A DNA stretch of 64,000 nucleotides from Dipteris shenzhenensis (taxonomy: Eukaryota). Location: NCBI GenBank assembly GCA_047967505.1, contig CM106538.1. The stretch is one strand, 5' to 3'. How positions within the stretch are numbered: the first letter of the stretch is position 1; the number at the start of each line of letters is the position of its first letter. Positions 50,560 through 63,609 of the stretch are shown in pieces. The position numbers and the translations under genes were made by a program. The notes below the pieces were generated by a model. It worked only from the letters and a program-made list of their open reading frames with translations, was not told the origin of the DNA and searched no databases.

Positions 50560-50775
50560 TGAGGGGATGGCATGGTCACAAGGATGACAAGAGTCAGGGG
50601 ATGACATGGTCACAAGGATGACACAAGTCAGGAGATGACAGTCACAAGGATGACACAAGTCATGGGGATGACATAGTCACAAGGATGACACAAGTCATGG
50701 CAATGACAGGATGACACAAGTCATGGAGAGGACATGGTCACCGGGATGGCATAGTCACATGGGGACATAGTCATC
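50560..50775. repeat. ~31-32 bp tandem repeats inside the gypsy LTR (second array at 54895-55080)
   Basis: GATGACATGGTCACAAGGATGACACAAGTCA repeated 4-6 times in each LTR. Confidence 0.9.
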
Positions 50776-52777
50776 AGGAGGAGATATCACCCAAGCATGC
50801 GTCAAGGGTCTTCATGTCGCGCAGTCATGCTCTGCCAACCTCTGTAGACCTGACTCATTGGTGGCATAGATGTTTCATTTGGCGGTGCCTTGTCAGATAC
50901 AGGGTGGCTGCAGAGGCGGTGCACATGGAAGTAGTTACAACGCACTGACTTGGCACAAGCTGGCCGTGAGACTCAGCGGTGGGATGGCTAAGGATGAGGG
51001 AACAACCAATAGCAGGGAGGGAGGGGATTCCCTATCCGAAAGGCGAGGGTGAAGAGTGGAGATGAGGGGGATGGGGATTCTTCCAGCATTGTACTGGGAT
51101 TGAGAGTGAGAAGGAGAGAGGCTAGAGCTACGAGCTCGTCTATTGCATTGTTATGGTGTATTGCTACTGTGGATGAGTAATCTCTGATCTCTGTTTCGGA
51201 GAGAGTGTATGAGGATCCCTTCATTCTATGATACACACTTGCTTGTGTTATGCTCTTGTCTACCGCTTTCTCCATTATCTGTCATTAGCGTTTACAACTC
51301 GCAACACAATAATGGTATGCTCATGCACTCACTAGCACATGCTCCTTGTCTATTAACATGGTGGAACTCAGTTCTCCAGATCATGATGACCAGCCTCCAA
51401 GTGAGAAGGACTAGCAAGCAGCAAGCCCTACTACATCTTTGATGCCTGGTCTAGGTGAGCTCACCTAGCACACAATGCCCTTTGGTCTCTGCAACAATCC
51501 TCACATGTATCAACGGATGGTTTGTGCAACTATAGCGGAGGTTGATGCTAAGATCACCCACGTCGCCAGAGCCGATGAGCAAGAAGGTCAAAGGTTGACA
51601 CATGACATGTGCAGCACCAACCCTCAAGAGCTAGGTCCAATGTTGATACATGACATGGGAAGCACCAACCATCAGGGAGGCCATTTCACAATCACTGCAA
51701 AAGAGCAGGTACAATGGAGATCAATGACAGTGATGCAGATGACCTAGAGAGTACTCGTTGGGTGGATGATTATTCAGATTAATCTGATCGAGAAGCCGAG
51801 CTTGACAACAACATGACTAGTGTCGAGCTGAGACCAATGGTGTGGCCACTACCTCCTCCAAGGACACAAAGCCAAAACCAAGAGCAAGGAGAGCACCTAC
51901 AGGAAGTAGTTCACATACGCACTGGAGTCAAAGCTTTCTCGAGTACTGGGTAGACACACCTTGCACCTGAAGATGAAGATGTTAGGGATCTTACCTTGCT
52001 TGAACTATACCTTTCTGAAGCAGATCTCAATACGATAGAAGATGTTCCCGGAACCACGTATGAGGTGGAAGGCGGTCGAAGCAGATATCCACAAAATGGA
52101 ACAAGTCGGGTTAATATATCGCGTGGACTACTCTGAGTGGGTCAGTGGAATTGTAATCATGCCCAAAAGGGAGACACGCAAGCTTCAGGTCTGTGTGGAC
52201 TATCGCCTTCACTGATAGGGTGCTGGAGGCAGTGGCTGGTCATGCTCTGTACTCCTTCATGCATGGGTACAGTGGGTACAACCAAATTCGGGTCCGAGAA
52301 CAAGATCAGTTAAAGACCACCTTTATCACCCAATGGGGAATGTATGCCTATAGGATGATGCCTTTTTGGTCTCTATGATGCCCTGGCAACATTTCAGCGA
52401 CTCGCCAACAAATTCTTCCGACAGAACATTGGAAGGTTTCTTGAGGTATTCTTGGACGATTTTTTGGTTTTCAATGGTAAAAACGCCTCTCACCTCGACT
52501 TCTGTGCAAACTGATCACATCAATAAGTTGAGATGGGTATTTGACGAGTGCAGGGAAGCCCATTTGTGCTTGAATCCTGACATGCTTTTCTTAGCATTGC
52601 GATGGGTTCTCTTAGGTTACATTGTGTCGGTCAAGGGTATGACCACTGACCCAACTAAGGTGGAGGTGATTCTGACCTTGCCCATTCCTCGCACACCCCG
52701 TGAGCTCAAGTCCTTTTTGGGACATGTGGGTTATGATCGCAGATTCATCCGGTCTATGCCGACATAGCAGTAGCAAT

Positions 52778-53160
52778 CACCTTCTCTCTCTTCTGTTCAC
52801 AACTCCCTTCTCTTGCACAACTCCCTTCTCTCTCCCGGTGCACAACTACCTTCTCTCCCTTATGCACAACCACATTCTCCCCTGGTGCACAACCACTGTT
52901 TCTCTCCTGGCACATAGCCACCTTCTCTCTCCTATGCACAAGCCCCTTCTCTCTTCTGGTGCAAAGGACCTTCTCTCTCCTGATGGTGCAAAAGACCTCT
53001 CTGCTAATGCAAAACGCCCTTCTCTCTCCTGGTGTGCAAAAGGACCTCTCTCTCCTAGTGGTGCAAAAGACCTTCTCTCTCCTAATGCCGAAGACCCTTC
53101 TCTCTCTTGAAGGACCTTCTCTCTCTCCTAGTGGTGGAAAACAACCTTGTCTCTCCTAGT
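52778..53160. repeat. Degenerate ~22-24 bp tandem array (CCTTCTCTCTCC..GGTGCA)
   Basis: About 16 imperfect units between the RT remnant and the extra ORF. Confidence 0.85.
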
Positions 53161-53198
53161 GTGCGGGGGCTCCGTCTATTCACCCTCTCCTGCCCCAC

Positions 53199-54313
53199 GA
53201 TGAGTGGCACCTCGGGATGCACCCAACGATGATGAGCATCCCTCTAGACTCCGGGTGGTATTCAAGACAATTCTCGATCCATCTCTCCATCTTTTATCGG
53301 TCCTATCTATAGGGAATATTGAGGCACTCGTCCTCACAGAGTTTGATGGTATTGATTTTCCTCTAGTGGACATTTCCTTGTGCACAACTTTTGTTCGTAG
53401 TTATGACATGTCCTTTGACACCTTCGAGTTTATGGGTCCATTGCACATTCTCACTCCAACTCTGGTGTCTACTTATTTTAGTCTTCCCACACTTGATATT
53501 CAGCCTGCCTATGGTGAGTCTCCAATCCTGACATCCTTTCTCATGGGTTGTAAGTGGCATAGATGAGGAGAAGATTGCCGACAAGTAGTGGAAGGAAAGA
53601 GAAGAGAGGAGGTACTGGCAAGGTATTTCTTTGCACGTTTATATTCAGCGCCTGCCATTTCTTTATCGCATGTCCTTCAATGACAAGTATGCTTAGGCTC
53701 AAACGTTGCATTTACATCAGTGAATCATGGATGACACCTTTGCCCAGTTAGGGGCTACTGTTTTAATGAAATAGAATACACAAATGCTCTTGTGCCAGAA
53801 GCAACATCTGAAACTCAAAATGGAAAAAGAAGCACGCGTTCAGGAGCAACAATACAACGAACAACTCTAGGGCAAGGAGAGAGCCTAGAACACGGAGATG
53901 GACAAGCTGAAAGTAAAACATGAACTAGCAGTGCATCAGAGGGGCTCTCAACTCTAGAAAGAGATAGGCTGGCAAAAGACCTACATGTACTTCAAGCCAA
54001 CCATGACTGCCTAGCCACTTTACATTCTGTAGCAGAGCGGAGAATAGTTGAGTTGGAGTCTCAGCTTGAGACTCAAGAGCAGGGCCTCAAGGAGATCCCG
54101 GGGCAGCACTCTGCATTACAAGATACGCATGCCACATTCAATGCAGAGCTACTATCCCTACAGGCAGAGCATACTACTTTACAGTCCGAGTGTGACTTGT
54201 ACAGATCGAAATATCACCGATACAAGGGGAAATATGAGAATCTCTGGAATGTGATGGACACCATTGAGAAAGAGAATGATCAAGTGTTTGGAGTCCCTAT
54301 AGCACCATCTTAG
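53199..54313 (+). pseudogene. Extra ORF of the gypsy element (globular N-terminal part plus coiled-coil C-terminus), disrupted
   Basis: ORFs 53204..53566 and 54053..54313 (ESQLETQEQGLKE...LQSECDLYRSKYHRYKGKYENL), lying between pol and the PPT. Confidence 0.6.
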
Positions 54314-57198
54314 GGTAGGGATGAATAGTGGCATATGTTTAAGCAGGAGGATTTTTAATATAGTTAGCTTGTTTGCCTCCTCATTATGGCATCTCTTGTT
54401 AGCATGTTGGCTTCTCCGCTGGTTTTGGTATTGGGTTACTTTGGTTCCATTTTCAGCTCAAGCAATTTGTACATAGTCAACCTTCTCTAGGTGATTTTCT
54501 TGGATTTCATCACACTTTTGTAATGTCAGGAGGTCTTTTTGTACCAATGGCTTCTATGAAATAGATTTTGTTAACTGATCAGCAAATTCTTGTCACCCGT
54601 GTTTTAATAAAGTTTTCGGTGGGTTTTCTTTCAGCTCTATTCTTGTGAAACACAATGGATCTGGATTTGTGATACATTTGTAAGTTGGATGACTCTGATA
54701 TGTTTTCGATAGGACTTTCTGCTTCACCTATGTTGATTCGTGTATTTAGCAAAGGCATTCTTCCTACACATCTTTCAACATGACCTATTGACCGGGACAG
54801 TGAATGACAGTGGCGGGGGAATTGTTATATAGAGAATGATAGTGGCGGGGTTTATAGAGATCATGCAGGAACAACTATGTCCAGTCACTTAGTGAGGGGA
54901 TGACATGGTCACAAGGATGGCACAAGTCAAGGGATGACATGGTCACAAGGATGACACAAGTCATGGTGATGACATGGTCACAATGACACAAGTCATGGCG
55001 ATGACATGGTCACAGGATGACACAAGTCATCGAGAGGACATGGTCATCTGGATGGCATAGTCACATGGGGACCTAGTCATAAGAAGGAGATATCACCCAA
55101 GCATGCGTCAAGGGTCTTCATGTCACGCAGTCTTGCTCTGCCAACCTCTGCAGACTTGACTCATTAGTGGCATAGATGTTTCATTTGGCGTGCATTGTCA
55201 GATACAAGGTGGCTGCAGGTGGTGCACATGGAAGTAGTTACAATGCATTGAAAGCTGGCCATGAGACTCAGCGGCGGGATGGCTATGGATGAGGGGACAG
55301 CCAATAGGAGGGAGGGTAGGGATTGCCCATCCGAAAGGTGAGGGTGAAGAGGGGAGATGAAGGGGATGGAGATTCATTCATTATTGTATGAGGATTGAGA
55401 GTGAGAAGGATAGAGACTAGAGCTACGAGCTTGCCTATTACATTGTTATGGTGTATTGCAACTGTGGATGAGTGATCTCCGATTTCTGTTTTGGAGAGAC
55501 TAGTGTATGTGAATCCCTTGATTCTATGATATGCACTTGCTCGCGTTATGCTCATCTATTGCTTTCTCTGTTATTTGTCATTAGCATTGTTCCTTCTTAT
55601 CTCCTTCCTGGGTTTGTTCTTCTTGTTCTAGCACTCAACACACCGTAGCACCTTCAACTAGTGTTGTGCCATAGGTTCAGCGATCAAGAAGTGTAGTGCA
55701 GCTGAGGTAGAGTTGTGTCATAGGTCTACGCATCATCCACTTCATGCTTCTCACATCAGTGGCCTTAGGCCTCTGGTAACATCTCCGGAAGTGAGCGGAC
55801 CTCCCCCTCAGACACGTGTTGATAAGCCCTTGCTACTAAGAGCAAGGTGCTTTTGAATCTAAGCATCCATAGACTGCTTCTGTTCTTCTCTCTATAGGCT
55901 GCTAATTGCTGACGAAGGCCAACCTCTCGTTTGAAAATCTCATGTCTCTTTGTACTGGCAATAAAATGTTTAAAAACACTAATACCAAAGAGGTTTGCTG
56001 CCACAATTGAAGGAGAAGGCACTCCGCCTTGCATATGAGAGACCAAAATGTGCAACACTACCTTAGTGAGGCCTCCTCTCTGCATACAAAGCATCCAAGA
56101 TCTTGATATAGGCAAAACATGCTCTCATCAAGGGAGGCTCAGAAACCATCAAAACTATCAAAAAGTGATCTGAGGTGGAGCCCCTAGTGAAATGCAAATA
56201 GAGCCACCTTGATCTAATGCTATCAACATAAAATCTAGCAATCGACACATACATGGTCATTTAATGTCTCCTATTTGACCACAAGGATAGAAGCATCGTT
56301 TATCTAAGAATCTCTATCACTGAATTGGAAAAAGAAAAGCATCCAAAAAGAGAATGAATGCCTCATTCCCTCCCCCCTTTTTGATATGAAGGTAACTCCA
56401 CAATGTTGAAGTCACCTCCAATAATCGATACCCAAGAAAGAAGTTCCTTTTAGAAAAGGACATGTTTGCCTTTGTTGTTGCGGGGGTAAAGGGAAGACCA
56501 ACCTTATGTCCATCAATAAGAAGAAAAATCCACGGTGCTTTAGGGTGTGTGATGATGCCTTGGCTGACCACAAGGGTGAGAAAAATGATGCTCCTTGAAG
56601 AGAGCTTCACATTGATATAAGTTTCGTCCAAATCGGACCATCCAGCGAAAAGTTATGAGAAAAATACTGATAGGGGGTCAAAGTGTCATGAAAAACACCT
56701 ACTCCTTCTACTGGTGCCGACTTGGGAGAATACTACCTCCATGCTTAGACTTCATCAACGATCCAAGTCCCATAGAGGTTGCCTAGGAGGGAAGAAAGAG
56801 CCCCCTCTTGTGACTTGGGAAATAGATAAACCATGTATGCGCAATGAGCAATCGAATAGACAACACTTCTGAGTACTTTGGAAGAGAAAGCAATGGAAAA
56901 AGGAAAGAGACACTCAAGACAGAGAACCTGAAGTGACCTTCATTACTACTAGAGTGAGACTCCACTCCAATGCAACTCAAACACAAGGTTGAGGAATAGG
57001 TTTCATATGTACAAGAGGGAGCGAAAGCTCCAAGACTACTCATAGAGAGAGAATGAACTAGAGAGAGATGGACTCAAGAGTCTACATAAGATAATATCTA
57101 CAAGAGGGAGAGAAGGCTCATGGAAGAGGCTTGAGGAGACTAGAGCTACAGCAACATGAGGCCTAATGGTGGAAGAGATGATGAACAAGGGAGAGGAG

Positions 57199-59096
57199 TG
57201 TGGGGGTTAAAGGTCACTGTGCCTTTACCGTGGTTATGTACAATACTCAAACACATATATAAATGAATGAAAAAGAAGATTAGGGTGGTCACTGCACCCA
57301 CCAAAACTTGTGTGGCTCTCTGTTTCTCTCTCTCTCTCTTTCGTTCTTGCTTCCGTTGAGAGCACTCTCAACTGGTATCAGAGCCCGGGTGATCTAGCTG
57401 AGCGTGTGTGAATGCCTAAAAGCTCAGCAACTCTGTGGGAGGAAGGAGAAGCTCTGTGGGAAGCTTTGTGGGTGACTTTACTTGCATCCAAGTATGCAGA
57501 GACCTTGGAGGAACCTTTAGAAAAGTCACTTTGGTTTTGCGAAGTGGTTTTGAGAGCCTATTAAGTGTTTTCAAAGAAAAAGTCGTTTTTTGAGCTTTTC
57601 CCTGTTCCATTCGATGAGAGAGACTCTGTATTGACTTGTAGAGGGAACTATTGCTTGCTTTTGGTGTCCACTTCACTTCAGGAGCTTGGAAACACCTTCA
57701 TTCTTGAATCTGGAATCATTTCATTGGATTTCTGACTCACTGTGTCAGTTTCTGCGTTTTTCTGCCCGAGTGTTAGGACTCAAGTTTGGAGCAACCATTT
57801 GCAGATCTTTCAGTTCCGATGGACTCAGTAGGTCCTAAAACTTCTATGTTGCTCATCATTCACACTCCGGTGGAGTTTACAAACAGCTCTATTTCCAAAA
57901 AAGTTTTTCAGTCCATGTGTTGGACCCAGTGATTGAGACCACGGTTTCCACAACCGTTTGTCCCATTGCGTTCCGAATGCCCAAAGACCCCTACCTATCA
58001 GTTCTTACGCGATTTGGTGGAGGATTTTCAGAGTTATAGATCTCTGTGTATTCGATTTCGTCTCTCTGTTATGCATTTTTCATTCTAAGGTTTTGAAAGC
58101 TTAGATTTATGCCACATGGCAGTGGATAAGTGTTGACTCCCATTTCTTACTCATCAGTTGGGATTTTGGAGTTCCGGCAAAAGAGAGATATTTACAGATT
58201 TTCTCACTGAGTCCGATTATGCAATGGCGCCCATGTTTTGAGGCATCTCAGGTTCTATTTTCAGTAGCGGTCATTACCATGGGACCATGATTTCTTGAGC
58301 ATACCTTATGCAGATCACTCTGGTTGTAGTTTGAGCAGTGTGCACTCATTCGTGGTGTGCATTGGGTTGCAGTGGATGATTTATAGGCCATTTGGATGCA
58401 TTGTGATCCTTATTGGATGCGCTGATAGGCCCAGATTGCCTTGTGGGATGCTATTTTTATGGACGCTTTGCACATGGATGCTATTTTATACCGAGGGATA
58501 GCTTTGACACATTGTAGGTGATGCACTGATCGTGCTATGCTCTCTTGGATGAGATATTATTAATGCATATACCAGTGGACGGTGTTTATGCTTGAGTCAT
58601 TTGAAGTTTGATGCTTTCATTTGGTCCCAGGGTTTTAGAAGGAGTGAAATCAATCACTGCCTCTACACTAAAAGGGCTAAGGATAATAGCCTGATAATCT
58701 TGGCACTATATGTGGATGATATGCTATTGCCTAGCAAGAATGCTTATGAGCTAGATGCATTAAAGGCCAAGTTGCATGAGGCCTTTGATATGAAGGATTT
58801 GGGACTTGCAAGTCATATTCTTGGTATGTGCATCACGCGTGATCGGAGTAGGAAACTCCTTTGGCTTTCACAAAAAGAGTATGTTACAAAAGTATTGCAG
58901 TGTTTCAATATGGAGGAGGGGAAGGCAGTGAGTACTCGATTGCCTCCATATGTGAAACTGAGTCATACAGATAGTCCCAAATCAAATGAGGAAAGGGCCA
59001 TGATGGCCAAGGTTCCTTATGCATCAGCAGTTGGGAGTCTTATGTATGTTATGATAGCTATTAGACCAGACATTGCATTTGCAATGGGAGTTGTTT
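57199..59096 (+). mobile_element. Truncated Ty1/copia element: short LTR (57199-57370), PBS (57373-57384), leader, RT fragment
   Basis: TG...CA 172-bp segment then acTGGTATCAGAGC; ORF 58592..~59096 has LIILALYVDDMLL, FDMKDLG, KVPYASAVGSLMY..RPDIAFA. Confidence 0.85.
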
Positions 59097-60259
59097 GGTA
59101 TCAAAACGGGCCTTGTGCCTTTTTTGAGAAGCTTCCAAGTTTTGTAAATCTTGTAATCTGCATTCATCCAAGGCTTCTAGCTGTACCAAGCGTTGAGCAT
59201 AGGCATCCTCCTATCTTTCTTTTCTTACAACAGCAGTGCGAAGACTATGTATGTCCAATTCAATGGGCAAAATGGCTTCTAGTCCATACACTACTTGCAA
59301 TGGTGTAAACCCAATAGCTAGCTTGTGTGTGGTTCTATAAGCCCATAAAACTTCTGCTAAATGCCTATCCCAATGCCTGTCTTGGTGTCTACAAGCTTTC
59401 CCATTGAATTGCACAACAATCCATTTGTTTTCTCTGCCAAGCCATTACATTGGGGATAGTATGGCATGGACATGCTATGATTTATCTTTAGCTTATGCAC
59501 CACATCATCAATTAGTTCATTTCTAAAAGAGGTTTCTCCATCAGTGAGAATTTCCAAAGGACAACCAAAGTGTGAACAAATTTGATCAAAGAGAAATTTT
59601 GCAACTATTCTTACCTTGCTATTGACTGTGGCCTTGGCCTCTGCCCACCGAGTTGCATAATTTGTGGCCACTAATAAATAATGCTTGCCTTGAGATAAGC
59701 GAGGTATTGGTCCCAAAAAGTCCAAACCCCACCTCTCAAATGGTCCATATGCTGGAATAAGCTTCAAGGGCCCAGGAATCAACTGTCGCCTTCCAAACTT
59801 TTGGCATACTTTACAACTTTGACACCATTCATATACATCCTTATGGAGGCATGGCCAAAAGTAATCTGCATTAAGAAATCTCCTAGCTGTGCTTGCTGAA
59901 GCAAAATGACTGGAGCATTCATGAGACATTTCTAGGATTCTCCTAGTCTCCATGGGATGGACCACCCAACGGACTTGCCTTCCTTATCAATCTCTGATTT
60001 TGTTGTGGAGTTAACCCTCGAGGAAACATGCCTTCTTCCACATGTTGCTGAACATCTTGCAGTTCTGGCCATCCAGTGTCTACCAAAGAAACCACCCCCC
60101 AATCTTGTACTATAAGTGAGGGAGTGGTCCCACAAAGTCCAAACCCCACCTCTCAAATGGTCCATATGCTGGAATAGGCTTCAAGGGCCCATGAATCAAC
60201 TGTCGCCTTCCAAACTTTTGGCATTCTTTACAACTTTGACACCATTCATGTACATCCTT
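59097..60259 (-). pseudogene. Ty3/gypsy integrase (zinc-binding and catalytic core), inverted relative to the copia fragment
   Basis: ORF 59357..59965: SH..H...YFWP..CKVCQ, GPFERWGLDFLGP, VATNYATRWAEA, LTDG, YPQCNGLAE; ORF 59211..59414: LWAYRTT..TP..VYG. Confidence 0.92.
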
Positions 60260-60997
60260 CGAAAGCTCCAAGACTACTCATAGAGAGAGAATAAACTAGA
60301 GAGAGATGGACTCAAGAGTCTACATAAGAGAATATCTACAAGAGGGAGAGAAGGCTCATGGAAGAGGCTTGAGGAGACTAGAGCTACAGCAACATGAGGC
60401 CTAATGGTGGAAGAGATGATGAACAAGGGAGAGGAGGGCTCCTTTTATAGAGATTTTATCACCCTCCTTCAATCACATAAGCCTGTATGTCACCATCCAT
60501 GTCCTTTTTGGCTACTCTTGCCATGTGTCCCATAAAAAGATGCTCAAGACTCTTAAAATATTGAGAAAGTCAAGAGTCGAGCCCATAGGGACCCTCTCTT
60601 TTCTATATGTTCACATCCTCCTTATTCCACATAGGAGAAGGATTCCTCTTGACTCCACACTCCTCCACATGCCTTCCACACACTTGGCATGTGGCCTCTC
60701 TTATATTATTGGAACACATGGACATGAGCCCACCTCTTTATATGACTCACTCTTCCTATTTTCTAAAAACCCCATAATATCCCATACACAAAGAACTCTC
60801 ATCCCATACCAAGGTATTTATCATTCATACACATGGTATTTACAATGATCCATTCCACTCATCCTCTCAATCCCATACAATATCTTAGAAAATAGAAATA
60901 AGTGAGAGCCGCTAGGCTATCACTTGATACTCAAACTCTTATCAAACATAGAAGAAAACAATACCGATGCCAAATAAAAAATATCAATTTTTTGTGT

Positions 60998-61266
60998 CAC
61001 AGTGTGAGTGTGGGTGAGTATGGACGAGTGTGCATGAAAGTAAGCTTGAGTGTGAGTGAGGATGGGTGAAGTGAGAGGTTGAGATTGAGTGAAAGGGAAA
61101 GTGTGAGTGTGAAGAAGTAGGATGGTGTAAGGCTGATGTGTTAGAAAGTGAGTCTAGGAAAGGGGGGCATGCATGTGAGTGAAAGTCTGTGTCTGTGTGA
61201 GAGAGAACTGAGAGAGGCGGACTGTGAACAAGTACGTGTGTGTATGTGTGTGTGTGTGTGTGTGTG
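60998..61266. repeat. GT-rich low-complexity tract (GTGAGT-like) ending in (TG)n
   Basis: Repeated gtgagt; TG run at about 61236-61265. Confidence 0.85.
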
Positions 61267-61299
61267 AGGTGGGGGGAGTTGTGTAGAGTGATGCTTGGG

Positions 61300-62252
61300 G
61301 TTTTTCCTTTGGTCAACTCCTGGCACAAATTCTTCTTTGTCTCTACCTCTACAATGCATTGGAAAGGTGTTCGATGCTCCCCTTGCATTGCAAGAACCTA
61401 GGCACTCTTACTTTATTTCATCCAAAGGGATACAGTTGGTGGATGATGCCATACATCTAGATGGTACATTGATCTCTTTTCCACTGGCAGTCAGACAACA
61501 TGGTTCAGGGTAGCATTATAGACAGTTTTAGCATTCTCTTTCGTAGATGCTTCAATCTTTCCTGCCAGTACTGAAATTAGAGCTCTCTTATCGTCTCACA
61601 AATTGGGCTCTGAATTTCCAAGATTCAGGCACTCATCCTTTGCTATTGGCTAATATAACAGTGGCCAGTTTGTATAGGATTTTGATGCTTCCACCTTGGA
61701 TTTTAGATACCGAAAATCAGATTTGGTCTATGGATCGTCGTGCCAAGCGGTTCGCAAAAGATTGAGAAAACTTTAGAGCTGTGAATTACCTCCTCGCCGA
61801 GGACATATTGCTCCTACTGTCTATCACAAATCTCGGGCTCCTAGGGAATCCTTAATTCATCTCTTTTGGCACTGCTAATCACTTGTGACTTTCTACTTCT
61901 TCTACAGTAGCATCTCTGAGCCAAATTCCCTACTGCTTCCTTTGGCAAGCTCTTCTAGGTAATTGGCATTTATCCATCAAGGCCTGTCATCTTTTTTTCA
62001 CAGGGGTTTGATATTGGGGCTTCTGGACTCTATGGAAGGATAAAAATCATAGTGTCTTTGGAGATTCCACTTCTTCCAAGTTTTCCTATTTTCGGATGTC
62101 ACTAAGGCAATTTTTTTATAATTGCCTCAGTACTCGTTACATAGATTCCTCTCTCTACTTGTCTTATATTGAAATCTTCTGATACTTTGTAAGGGCAAGT
62201 TCCCTCTTTGGAATTGCTTCTTGTAATGTAAACAAATGTGGATTTAAAAAAA
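61300..62252 (+). mobile_element. Decayed L1 3' remnant
   Basis: zf-RVT-like ESLIHLFWHC at about 61847-61876, LWTLWKDKN at 62021-62047, A-rich end at 62246-62255. Confidence 0.5.
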
Positions 62253-62255
62253 GAA

Positions 62256-62275
62256 GTGTGTGTGTGTGTGTGTGT

Positions 62276-62341
<66 letters not shown>
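62256..62341. repeat. Compound microsatellite (GT)n(GA)n
   Basis: Directly visible. Confidence 0.98.
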
Positions 62342-63560
62342 TGTATTAATGCCTTTCGGAGGCCTTATGAGTCTATGAGACAAGGTACAATCATAAAAAC
62401 TAACTCATACAAGCCATGATGGGATGAGGCAAAGTGCTTGCGAAGGCCCTTGCTAGGTACTATAATCAAAGCACAAAACTAGGCCCTTGCTAGGTACTAT
62501 AATCAAAGCACAAAACTAGTACTCAAAATACAAAAACTTGAAATTCCTGAGATGACAAGAGATGTGATCGAGTGTCATCTATGATCTTGGTGCCATGGAA
62601 GATCTCCCAGGTGCAAAGTTATTGCATACCTCCCTCTATCGAGTTGTCTCTCGCTGTGGAATGGGGGGTGTAGTCTCCGACATTATACATCTGATGAACC
62701 ATTTTGAGAGTGACACCTCGACTCTGGTGGTTCCCTCTAAGTAGAGGTGGGATGGCCTAGACCTCCTTTATGCTTGCTTTGGTCAGCATATGCATCATCC
62801 ATGGTCTCTCTATCTTTGGCTTCATAGCTCCATGTTGTCTCTTCTCGTTGATCCACTATGCCCTCATATCAGCTAGCTCCTCCTCTACTCCACTACGTTT
62901 TGGGGTTGACTCAAATGCGTAGAAATCTGTGACATGCCACTATGCTCGATTAGACTCTATCACCTGTGGTAATGTCACCCCCTTTTGTTTGATCTATCTC
63001 AATAGGGTCTCTCGATGTTGCCACATCTCAATCATATAGAGACCAATGCAAACCTAATCATGAAGGTGGATCATGCAAGAGAGTGGCCCAAAACCATGTC
63101 CCTTCGGAAAGAGACAATGGTATTGTCCACGGATCTCATAATAGACTAGGCAAGTGCATAGAAAATGCTCCTTTGTCTCCACCTCCTCAAATATGCGTAA
63201 TCTATAGATTTGTTGCTCTCTAGGTGTGCAAATGGTGTGCAAATGGCTATCCTCAGCTAGTGGGATGAGACCCACATCTGTCCAATGGCTATCCTCAATG
63301 GATGTGAGACTCATCTTTCCTCTAGGTACAAGGATCTCCATCCTTTGATACTATCAAAAAGTGGTCGTGATAGAACAAGATCTTGGTGGGGAACTCCTAG
63401 TCCAACCCCCCCTCCCAAAGTCAGTGACATATCGACCTAGAGTAGATCCAATGTATGATGCGGTTGAGCTCATCTGTGGGAGCAAGGGGAACGGGGCATC
63501 CAAGTTGTACTAGAAGGGGGGGGTCGATCCATTTGAATGTCTTGGATGATAAACAATTTG
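62256..63560 (-). mobile_element. 3' end of an RTE-like LINE whose tail is probably the microsatellite
   Basis: ORF 63054..63341: VETKEHFLCTCLVYYEIRGQYHCLF (C-terminal Cys/His motif of non-LTR ORF2); on the minus strand the sequence ends ...ggcattaatacat followed by (CT)n(CA)n. Confidence 0.6.
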
Positions 63561-63609
63561 GATACGTGTGCGTACCAAACCGTGCTAATCCGTCACGTGA
63601 AAACAGTCA

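Larger units (their letters stand above)
50484..55814 (+). mobile_element. Internally deleted Ty3/gypsy LTR retrotransposon with an extra 3' ORF
   Basis: 5' LTR 50484-~51290 (truncated) matches 3' LTR 54823-~55814; PPT-like agtggcgggggaa 54809-54821; RT remnants 52080-52770 (MHGYSGYNQ, KTTFITQWG, KSFLGHVGY). TSD not convincing (ggttt versus cgtgt). Confidence 0.85.
41738..56480 (-). mobile_element. Decayed L1 (second family) in three pieces: 41738-42177, 47735-50483 and 55815-56480, split by two LTR elements
   Basis: 3' end motifs at 41870-42130, RT remnants (ORFs 49146..49427, 49576..49845, 49838..50077), linker and endonuclease remnants (55765..56115; IGGDFNI at 56400-56423). The pieces are collinear across the insertions. 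Confidence 0.8.

Noticed and set aside
50560-50775. 31-32 bp LTR repeats (and those at 18470, 26565 and 52778) as CRISPR or iteron arrays
   Set aside because: Degenerate tandem repeats without spacers; ordinary LTR-retrotransposon internal repeats.
58592-59308. 238-aa ORF as an intact RT with a novel C-terminus
   Set aside because: After about 59096 it reads through the antisense strand of the gypsy integrase fragment; it is a chimeric junction.
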